Source: an uncultured delta proteobacterium
GTDB lineage: Bacteria; Myxococcota; Kuafuiibacteriia; Kuafuiibacteriales; Kuafuiibacteriaceae
Direction: 5' to 3'
Length of the DNA stretch: 64,000 nt
NCBI GenBank assembly: GCA_963803435.1
Contig: CAWDML010000001.1
Coordinates: 640,001-704,000, forward strand
The translations under genes and the position numbers were made by a program. The notes below the pieces were generated by a model. That model did not search any database. It was not told the origin of the DNA and saw only the letters and a list, made by a program, of their open reading frames with translations. Below are positions 8,731 through 16,859 of this stretch, piece by piece. How positions within the stretch are numbered: position 1 is the stretch's first letter; each line of letters begins with the position of its first letter.

Positions 8731-10367
8731 CGTCTTTTCCTCGCCGCGATCCCGCCCAGAAGGAGTATCAAACCGAACGCACGGGAGCCATCCGCCCCCG
8801 CGGTCGTCCGGCATCCACAGCCGCCCTCGGGCTCGGGCATCATCATCGGACCCGCGTCGGGCGTCACCTCGGCATCGGGCCCTCGGTCGCCTGCGTCGGT
8901 GATCCCCGCGTCGTCGTGCCCGGCGTCGGGGCGCTCACAGCTCGAATCTGGCGCGATCGCGATGGTCTCTGCGATCGAGGCCATCTCGAACGGTCCGGGG
9001 TTGGCCTCCTCGAACGCGGCTTGGAGGCGCAGCGCGCGCTCGTCGAACCCGTTCTCCGCCACCAGCGCGGTCACATAGGCTTGGGTCACGGACTGATACC
9101 AGAGGGCGCCCCGGAGGTGGATCGCGTCGAGCCCCATGTCGCACGGCGTCGTGGCGGTGACCGTGACCTCGTCCCAGTTGGCGAGCCGGCCCGGCGCGAT
9201 CTCCGGATAGACCTTGCCCACCGGCGCGGTGGTGGCCGTGGCGAGCATCCCGAGCGGCGGGATCCGCGTGTCGAGGAAGACCACGTCGTTGAGCGCAAGG
9301 CGGTGCCCCGGACCGATCCCCAGCTGACCCTGGCGCACGTGATAGATCGCCGCCGGATCGATGGGCTCCCCGGTCGTCTCGTCGAAGCCGCCCCGGGCGA
9401 GCGCCAGCTCGGAGGACGCCACCTCGAGCCACACGCGCCGCCCTTCTGGATAGCCGGTCGGCAGCTTGTGGCCGGTCTGGTTGGTCACGCGAAACCTCAG
9501 CGTCACGACCTCGCCGCGGCGCGCCTCTGCGGGCGCCTCCACCAGCGCGAGCGTCGCCGCCGAGCGGAGCTGCGCCGCGATCCGCAGCTTGCCACGGGCC
9601 AGCTGATCCGAGATCCCGAGCCCGGGCTCGAGGAAGTCGAGGGCCCCCAGGAGAAAGAGGTTCCCGCCGGCCAGCTCGTGCCGCGAGCGATCGGGCCGCA
9701 CCGGCGCGTTCTCGGCGATCGAGCCGGTCGTCTCCGGCAGGTGGCAGTCGCGACAGCCCTTCGAGGCCGCCACGCTGGAGGTCGCCCACTCGGTGTATGT
9801 GGTCTGCTCGGGGAACAGCATGCCCATCGGCGTCCCGTCCAGGTCGCGCCGCACCACCAGCGGATTGCTGAGGTCGTGGCACCCGGCGCACAGCTCGCTC
9901 GACGAGATCCAGCTCGACGGCTGCCACCGGTGCGGCGGGTTCGCATCGGCGAGCGGCCCCCGATAGACGATGTCGTCCCCGAGCGTGTACTGGCCGTTCC
10001 GCTTCCACGGCGACGGATCCATCCGATGACACACGGCGCAGCCGACGCCGGGCTCGTCGTCGGTGACCAACCCGCCGTCGGGATCGAGGCACGCGCCCTG
10101 GAGCCAGCCGTCGGGCGCGTGGCAGCGCAGGCAGAAGGCGCCGATCTCGGCCGTGTCCTCGTTGGCCTCGGTGAGGGCGGAGAGGAACAGCGGGTTACGG
10201 GCCGAGTGGGCCATCGGGCTGCCCAGCCAGGAGTCGTACGCCGACTCGCCCGGGTCGAAGCTTCCGTGGCAGCTGCGACACGTCACGGGCGCCGCGAGCG
10301 GGACCGATACGCTGCTGGTTCCCGGAAGATCCACCTGGGCCACCCAGAGCAGCAGCAGACTCCACAC
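8727..10367 (-). CDS. Pentaheme c-type cytochrome with C-terminal MYXO-CTERM-like sorting signal
   Basis: Five CxxCH (CRSCH, CLRCH, CAVCH, CAGCH, CRDCH), GHKLPTG motif, DAG-rich linker and GGCGC...hydrophobic...RKRR tail. Probable GTG start at 10367. Confidence 0.8.
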   Translation of the reverse strand: MWSLLLLWVAQVDLPGTSSVSVPLAAPVTCRSCHGSFDPGESAYDSWLGSPMAHSARNPLFLSALTEANEDTAEIGAFCLRCHAPDGWLQGACLDPDGGLVTDDEPGVGCAVCHRMDPSPWKRNGQYTLGDDIVYRGPLADANPPHRWQPSSWISSSELCAGCHDLSNPLVVRRDLDGTPMGMLFPEQTTYTEWATSSVAASKGCRDCHLPETTGSIAENAPVRPDRSRHELAGGNLFLLGALDFLEPGLGISDQLARGKLRIAAQLRSAATLALVEAPAEARRGEVVTLRFRVTNQTGHKLPTGYPEGRRVWLEVASSELALARGGFDETTGEPIDPAAIYHVRQGQLGIGPGHRLALNDVVFLDTRIPPLGMLATATTAPVGKVYPEIAPGRLANWDEVTVTATTPCDMGLDAIHLRGALWYQSVTQAYVTALVAENGFDERALRLQAAFEEANPGPFEMASIAETIAIAPDSSCERPDAGHDDAGITDAGDRGPDAEVTPDAGPMMMPEPEGGCGCRTTAGADGSRAFGLILLLGGIAARKRR

Positions 10368-10464
10368 GCCTCCGCCTATACCTGTATGGCGGGGCCTTGG
10401 CTCGGCTGGTCGTCGATTGACAGCTCCGGTCGGGTCGCTCAGTGGTACAGCCGACGACATTCCA

Positions 10465-12006
10465 ATGACCATGCTGAAGAAGATCCTCCCCCTCGCACTC
10501 CTCTCCTTCGGGCTGGTGGCCTGCGGATCGCGGTCCAGCACGGACGATGACGACACGTCCATGCCGCCACCGAACACGGACCTGGTCTGTCCCGCCAACG
10601 CGAACCTGACCGTCTGCGACATGAAGCTCACCGGGGGCCAGCGGCAGCCGGCCATCGGCGATCCCGTCTCGCTCATGGGCGTGGTGGTCACCACGCCGAC
10701 GCTCGCGGTGGGGTTCAACATGATGGGCGAGGCCACGCTGGCCGCGTTCTTCGTCCAGGATCGGACGACCAGCGACGACCTGGCCGATCGGTTCTCCGGC
10801 ATCGCGGTGGCCTATTCAATCGGCTCGGTCTCGGTGCCACCGGTCGGAGCGGTCATCGACATCGAGGGGACCTACGACGAGTTCAGCCGCAACGGATCGG
10901 CGCCCGAGAAGCAGGTCAAGGCCACGTTCGTGTCGCCCCCCTCCGGCAACGAGGCCGTGCGGGTGAAGTCGCTGACCGTCGACCAGCTCACCGCCGACTA
11001 CGAGGGCTCGGTGGTCGAGCTGTCCGATACGGTGGCCACCTCGGTCAACCCGGCGGGCGCCGGCGGTATGATGATCTTCGGCTTCCAGCTCAACAACAAG
11101 GTGATCGTGTCCACCGCCATGACGCGCTACTTCGCGCGGGTCGGTGAGGAGTTCCTCAAGGTGACCGGCGTGTACCGGCTCGGCACCTTCAACTACGACG
11201 CCGGGATCTACACCCTCACGCCCCGCATCGCGGACGACATCCAGCCCAAGAACCCGATCCAGCGGGTCACGTCGATCACCGCGGTCCAGGATCCGCAGTC
11301 GCCCGATCGTCCCGCCGACATGTGCAGCAGCGACCAGCCGACCGCCGATCGCCGCTGCCCCAAGCTCTCGCTCACGGACGTCGTGGTCACCGCGGTGGGC
11401 GGCTACGTCTCCGCGAATCTCCGGGCGATGTGGGTCCAGGATCCGTCGGTGGTGGGCGGCCGCTTCTCCGGCATCAAGGTGACGTACTCGAGCGACACCA
11501 CCAACCTTCCGAGCGTCGGCGACCTCATCAACGTCGAGGGCGAGGTGATCGAGTGGTACGGCGGGACGCAGGTCCAGTTCCCGACGTTCTCCCCCGGGAG
11601 CGGCACGATGACGCCGGTGCCGGTGGTCGTGGATCCGTCGGCTATCGGGCGCGACTCGGACGCCACCACCAACCCGTACGAGGGCGTGCTGGTCACGCTC
11701 CAGAACGTGCAGGTGACCGAGCGCTGCATCGAGGACACGATGTATCGCGATCACGGCGACTGGGTCGTCGCGGGCAACGTCCTCGTCAGCACCGCGTTCA
11801 TGTACGACTATAACGGCATGCTCCGCGCCGGCAGCACGACCTGCGACAACCAGCCCAACGGTAACTGCTCGTGCATGGCGATGAGCCGCCCCAACGACAT
11901 GCGCGCCGTGAACGACGACTTTGCGTCGATCACCGGCGTCATCGACTACTCCTTCGACGAGCTCCGCCTCGATCCTCGCGGAAACGCCGATCTCATGTTG
12001 CAGTAG
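10465..12006 (+). CDS. Lipoprotein with repeated OB-fold-like modules
   Basis: MTMLKKILPLALLSFGLVAC lipobox; duplicated FFVQD...RFSGI...VG..I.IEG...E unit (second copy MWVQD...RFSGI...VGDLINVEGEVIE) and YEG..V.L motifs, like OB folds of extracellular nuclease-type proteins; no catalytic domain seen. Confidence 0.6.
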   Translation: MTMLKKILPLALLSFGLVACGSRSSTDDDDTSMPPPNTDLVCPANANLTVCDMKLTGGQRQPAIGDPVSLMGVVVTTPTLAVGFNMMGEATLAAFFVQDRTTSDDLADRFSGIAVAYSIGSVSVPPVGAVIDIEGTYDEFSRNGSAPEKQVKATFVSPPSGNEAVRVKSLTVDQLTADYEGSVVELSDTVATSVNPAGAGGMMIFGFQLNNKVIVSTAMTRYFARVGEEFLKVTGVYRLGTFNYDAGIYTLTPRIADDIQPKNPIQRVTSITAVQDPQSPDRPADMCSSDQPTADRRCPKLSLTDVVVTAVGGYVSANLRAMWVQDPSVVGGRFSGIKVTYSSDTTNLPSVGDLINVEGEVIEWYGGTQVQFPTFSPGSGTMTPVPVVVDPSAIGRDSDATTNPYEGVLVTLQNVQVTERCIEDTMYRDHGDWVVAGNVLVSTAFMYDYNGMLRAGSTTCDNQPNGNCSCMAMSRPNDMRAVNDDFASITGVIDYSFDELRLDPRGNADLMLQ

Positions 12007-12032
12007 GCGCCCCGCCTCCCCACCATCGGAGC

Positions 12033-12932
12033 GTGCATCCGCCGCTCGACCTCTTGGGAGCGCTTGCCCGCCAGTTCGGACGCACGCACGATCGCGCGCT
12101 GCTGGAGCACGCCGCCGCCCGCGCCACCCGCACGGAGCGGCTGGACCTCCTCGCCGCCCTGGCGCGCACGCCCGCCCGGATCCCCGACGAGATCGGGCGG
12201 CTCGGACGTCACGCGCTGCTGAGAGCGATACCGTGCGCCCCGCCCGATCGCTGCTTCGAGGGCGCCGACGACTCGGACCGACCGATCTTCGTGCGGACGT
12301 TCCCGCGCGAGCGCCTGACGGACGCGCTGATCGTCCGCCATCGGCGCTGGGCCGAGCTCGCGATCCCGGGTCTGGCGAAGCTGGTCGACTTCGGCGTGGT
12401 CGAGCACCAGCCGTTCGTCCTCGCCGAGCACGTCCCCGGCCTCTCCCTCGTCGAGCTGGCCGAGCTCCAGCCCTCCCTCCCGATCGTGCTGGCGCTGTTG
12501 TTCGACGGCCTCGCGATCCTTCGCGCGCTCCACCAGGCCGGCGCGGTGCACGGCCACCTCAGCCCGGGACGGATCCGCGTGGAGCCGCTCGGCGCGATCC
12601 GTCTCTGCCTCGGCACCAGCGATCCGGTCGCAACGCCGGCGAACCCGGGCCGCGATCTCTGTGTCCTCGCCCGCTCGCTGCTCGGTCTCGCCACCCGCGA
12701 TGCGCTCGTCCTGGAGGTGCTCGCGACGGATGAGCCCGACGCGCTCTCGGTGGCCGCCGATCGTCTGCAGGAGCTCCACCCCGCGCACGCCGAGCTGATC
12801 CAGTCGGTGCTCGGAGGTCGCGCCCCGGCCGCAGAGGTCGCCCCGCACCTCGCCGGGAGCGCCGATCCGGAGGAGGCGCTCCGCATCATCGAGGCCGTCG
12901 TGGCGGCGGCGCGCGGGTCGGCTCCGGATTGA
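12033..12932 (+). CDS. Degenerate Ser/Thr protein kinase-like protein (pseudokinase)
   Basis: LAKLVDFGVVEHQPFVLAEHVPGLSL and LHQAGAVHGHLSPGRI align to kinase subdomains IV-VIb, but HRD is HGH, the catalytic N is R and DFG is absent. Confidence 0.55.
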   Translation: MHPPLDLLGALARQFGRTHDRALLEHAAARATRTERLDLLAALARTPARIPDEIGRLGRHALLRAIPCAPPDRCFEGADDSDRPIFVRTFPRERLTDALIVRHRRWAELAIPGLAKLVDFGVVEHQPFVLAEHVPGLSLVELAELQPSLPIVLALLFDGLAILRALHQAGAVHGHLSPGRIRVEPLGAIRLCLGTSDPVATPANPGRDLCVLARSLLGLATRDALVLEVLATDEPDALSVAADRLQELHPAHAELIQSVLGGRAPAAEVAPHLAGSADPEEALRIIEAVVAAARGSAPD

Positions 12933-12984
12933 AGACCGGCGCGTGTTGACCCGATCCTCGAGGCCACGCAGCATCCGCGTGCCC

Positions 12985-14578
12985 GTGACTGACACCCCAT
13001 CCCGCCTCTTCGCCGCGCTCCTGCTCCTCGCCGCCCTCGCGCCCGGCGGGGCGCTGGCCCAGACCAGATCCTCCACGATCGCGCCGGTCGCGCCCCCTCC
13101 GCCGGCCGAGCCCCCGCCGGCCGCGTCGCTCGATCAGGTCCTCGAGGGCAAGGACAAGACGGGAACCCCGCCCAAGCCGCCGCGGGAGCTCCTGCTCGGC
13201 GCCGAGACCTCGTCCGCCGGCGAGGACCGCCCCGAGCCGGACTACGATCGGCGGCCCGACGCCTCGCTGACGGCCGGCGAGTTTCTGATTCGGATCCCCC
13301 GCGCCCTCCTCTTCCCGGTGCACCTGGTGCTCGAGTACCTGGTCCGCTGGCCGCTGGTGCACGCCCTGACCTGGGCCGAGGAGGTGTATCTATTCAAACG
13401 AATCCAGAACTTCTTCACCTGGCGGGACGGCAAGTCCGGCATCTACCCCACATTCCTCGCGGACTTCGGCTTGAAGCCGTCGGTCGGCCTCACGACGTTC
13501 CATCGGGACTTTCCGGTCGACGGCAACACGCTGACCGCGCGCTTCGGCTTTTGGGGCCCCCGCTGGATCAACGCCGGGATCAGAAACCGCACGACCGTGC
13601 TCGCGGACGACAGCGGCACCATCGACGTCTTCGGCCACCTCGAGCATCGGCCCGACTATCCGTTCTACGGGATCGGATCGAACACGAAGGGCGCCACCGA
13701 GGATCGGCTCCGCTACGAGAAGCGGGAGATCGACGCCGGGGTCGGCTTCCTGGCGGCCCTCGGCGGGCTCAGTCGGTTCGACGTCTCGTTCGCCTTCAAG
13801 GACGTGGCATTCGGCGACGACCCGAGCGCCGAAGGCGATCAGCGACTGCTGTCGGACACGCTCGTGGAGAACGAGGGCGTCGCGATGCCGGTCCCCGGCT
13901 TCAACGATCCGGACAGCGCCCAGCCGGGCGAGCTCGGCCACTATCAGCTGCTGGTGAGCCGGATGGGCGTCAAGCTCGACACGCGGGATCCGGACGTCGA
14001 ATTCAAGGGCGGCAGCGGCTACCTGCTGGAGCTGTTCCTCAGCTTCTCGTTCGAATCCGAGCGACGCCAGCCGCAACTTCTTCCTCTGGGGCGTCGAGAC
14101 CGCCGGCTTCATCGACTTCACCGGGCTGGGACACGTGCTGGCGCTCGGCCTGCACGGCGAGTTCCTCTCCGAGCCGGGCGGATCGCCGGTCCCGTTCACC
14201 GAGCTCCCCGCGCTGGGCGGCCTGGAGACGATGCGCGGCTACCTCCCGCGGCGCTTCGTCGGCGACAGCGTGGTGGAGGCCACGCTCAGCTACCGCTACC
14301 CGGTGTGGTCGTTGCTCCACGCGGAGCTGTTCGCCGGGATCGGCAACGCCTACAACGGCTACCTCGGGATCGGGAAAGAGGACGCTGAGGACTTCAGCTT
14401 CAAGCGTCTCTACTTCGACGCCGGCTTCGGCCTCCGGACCAGCTTCGATTGAGACTCCGCGCTCGAGATCCTCCTCGCCTTTGGCACGAACCGCTTCGAC
14501 GGCGGGGACGGCAAGGGCGGTGCGGGCCTCGAGCTCGACAGCGTCCGCTTCGTCTTCGGACTGGCGCAGGGCTTCTAG
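12985..14578 (+). CDS. BamA/TamA(Omp85)-like outer membrane beta-barrel protein; frameshift near 14055 and in-frame TGA at 14450 (probable sequence errors)
   Basis: Signal peptide; PFYGIG; LPALGGLETMRGYLPRRFVGDS (Omp85 L6 RGY motif); reading through the TGA gives a C-terminal beta-signal-like end, VRFVFGLAQGF*. Confidence 0.7.
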
Positions 14579-14580
14579 CG

Positions 14581-16332
14581 ATGAGATCCCAGGTACTGCT
14601 GCTGCTCGCTCTCTCGGCCTGCGCGACCGCCCCGCGGCGCTTCCAGCTCGCGGATCCGTTGTGGGTCGACGACGATCGGAACAACGTCCCCGAGGAGCCC
14701 GACGAGTACTACTCGGGGCTGTACGGCGACGGCGCCGATCAGATGGTCTTCCGCCCCCTCTCCCGGGTCTGGACGCTGCCGCTGGCCGAAGACGCGGAGG
14801 ACGTGAACTCGATGGACGAGGTCCCGAACAGCTCGTGGTTCCAGAACCGCCTCGGCATGTTCGACCTGCCGCCGGAGGTCGCCGCCAAGGGCGCCTGCGG
14901 GCTCGAGCCGCCGGCGCTCTCGCCCGACCGAGGTCCCTGGATGGTCACCAGCGCCAAGCCGAACGGCGCCAACCCCGGCTTCTTCATCACCGCCCCCGAC
15001 GGCTCCCGGTACCTCCTCAAATTCGACGGCATCAAGCAGCCGACGCGCGCCACCGGCTCGGACGTGATGGGCTCGAAGATCTACTGGAACGCCGGCTATC
15101 ACACGCCCTGCAACTTCGTTCTCTACTTCCCGGAGAGCATCCTGAAGATCGATCCGAAGGCGAAGGCCGAGAACGACTACGGGGAGAAGCGACCGATCGA
15201 GAAGGAGGACATCGACCGCGTGCTCTCCAAGGCCTTCCGGCTCAAGGACGGCCGGCTGCGGGCCTCGGCGTCGCGCTTCGTGAACGGCAAGCCGATCGGG
15301 CCCTTCATCTACGAGGGCACGCGCGGCGACGATCCCAACGACGTGATCCCCCACGAGCGCCGGCGGGAGCTGCGCGGCTCGTACATCTTCGCCGCCTGGA
15401 TCAACCACTTCGACTCACGCGAGCAGAACTCGCTCAACGTGTGGACCAAGAACGGCGGTCGCCAGTACATCGACCACTACATCATCGACTGGGGCGACTC
15501 CCTCGGGAGCCGCTGGCCCCTCGATCAGATCAGCCGCCGCCTCGGCTACAGCTCGTACTTCGACTACGAGCACATCTTCGAGGACCTGGTCACGCTGGGC
15601 TTCCTCCCGCGACCCTGGAACCGAGTGAAGCGCGCGGAGCAGGAGATCTTCGGCTACTTCGACGCCGACGAGTTCGATCCGGAGCGCTACCACCCCGGCT
15701 ATCCCAACCCGGCGTTCGACGAGCGCCGCCCCGGCGACATCATGTGGGCCGTCCGCATCCTGGCGCGCTTCACGCCCGAGCACATCCGTGCCATCGCCCA
15801 GGAGGCCAAGTTCCCCGATCCGCGCCAGGAGGACTTCATCGTGAAGCGGTTGATCGAGCGCCAGCGCAAGATCATCGAGACCTTCGCCACCAAGTACGCG
15901 CCGCTCACCAACTTCCAGCTGGCGCGCCGGACCGAGGGGAAGAAGGACCAGTCCCTCTGCTTCGAGGACCTCGCCGTGCAGCACGGCGTCGTCGACGACA
16001 CCTTCGTGATCTACAAGATGCGGATGTACGGCGGTGAGGATCTGGATCAGGAGATCGGCTGGCTCCAGTTCAGCCCGGACGTCGAACACCCGCACCGCTC
16101 GTGCGTGCTGCTGCCGATCGGTCACACGCGGCCTTCCGATCTGGCCAAGCCGAGCGCTCCCGACGACGACCCGCTGCGCTACGGCGTGATGAAGATCTTC
16201 ATCCACCAGACCCAGTCGGTGCAGCCGACCTCGGAGGTGGATCTCCACTTCTACGATCTCGGCCCCGAGCGCGGCTTCCGGCTGGTCGGCATCACGCGAC
16301 CCGACACGCCCCACGTGCCCAGTCAGTTCTGA
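14581..16332 (+). CDS. Conserved lipoprotein with atypical kinase-like motifs
   Basis: MRSQVLLLLALSAC lipobox, starting 2 nt after the barrel gene; G-A-N-P-G-F, YLLKFD, WINHFDSREQN, IIDWGDSLG. Confidence 0.6.
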   Translation: MRSQVLLLLALSACATAPRRFQLADPLWVDDDRNNVPEEPDEYYSGLYGDGADQMVFRPLSRVWTLPLAEDAEDVNSMDEVPNSSWFQNRLGMFDLPPEVAAKGACGLEPPALSPDRGPWMVTSAKPNGANPGFFITAPDGSRYLLKFDGIKQPTRATGSDVMGSKIYWNAGYHTPCNFVLYFPESILKIDPKAKAENDYGEKRPIEKEDIDRVLSKAFRLKDGRLRASASRFVNGKPIGPFIYEGTRGDDPNDVIPHERRRELRGSYIFAAWINHFDSREQNSLNVWTKNGGRQYIDHYIIDWGDSLGSRWPLDQISRRLGYSSYFDYEHIFEDLVTLGFLPRPWNRVKRAEQEIFGYFDADEFDPERYHPGYPNPAFDERRPGDIMWAVRILARFTPEHIRAIAQEAKFPDPRQEDFIVKRLIERQRKIIETFATKYAPLTNFQLARRTEGKKDQSLCFEDLAVQHGVVDDTFVIYKMRMYGGEDLDQEIGWLQFSPDVEHPHRSCVLLPIGHTRPSDLAKPSAPDDDPLRYGVMKIFIHQTQSVQPTSEVDLHFYDLGPERGFRLVGITRPDTPHVPSQF

Positions 16333-16859
16333 ACGATCGCGCCGCTCCCTGCGGTGAAGTGGAGCTCGCGCCCGGCGGAGTCGAGCCCGAAGGGACGCAC
16401 GATCGAGAGCTGCGTCGGCGCTTCGGTCCTTCGCAGCATCCCCAGGCGGGCCACCGCCACGTTGTCGAGCGCGATCCCCTCCGCCGGTCCGACCGCCGAG
16501 GCTGCCACCACGATCAGCCCGGGCCGGGCCTCCTTCACCTCGAAGAGGCCCGCGTGCGTGAAGCCTGGGCTCCGGGTGAGGGCGTCGAGCTCGAGGACGG
16601 CCGGGTCGTACTCGATGCGATACGCCAGCCCGTAGACGTCGGTGAGCTGGTGGGCCACCAGATCGGCGTCGAGGCGATCGGCGGCCAGCACCGCATCGCC
16701 GAAGAGGAGCGCCGGACCGTCGAGGGTCTCGGCCTCGAAGGTGATCGTCTTCTCCACCGCGCCGGAGTCGGGCGTCCCGGCGTCCGGGAGGGGGAGCGCC
16801 GCCTTCGAGCAGGCGGTGGGCGAGAGGAGCAGGAGCGCCAGCAGCGCATACCTCCTCAT
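16323..16859 (-). CDS. Cohesin-domain lipoprotein
   Basis: MRRYALLALLLLSPTAC lipobox; DVYGLAYRIEYDPAVLEL is a typical cohesin strand pattern. ATGA overlap with the upstream peptidase. Confidence 0.6.
   Translation of the reverse strand: MRRYALLALLLLSPTACSKAALPLPDAGTPDSGAVEKTITFEAETLDGPALLFGDAVLAADRLDADLVAHQLTDVYGLAYRIEYDPAVLELDALTRSPGFTHAGLFEVKEARPGLIVVAASAVGPAEGIALDNVAVARLGMLRRTEAPTQLSIVRPFGLDSAGRELHFTAGSGAIVQN

Noticed and set aside
14450-14452. Selenocysteine or recoded TGA in the barrel gene (also 395-397)
   Set aside because: Neither position is a redox Cys site, TGA is the normal stop in many genes here, and both fit CGA miscalled at GATC.
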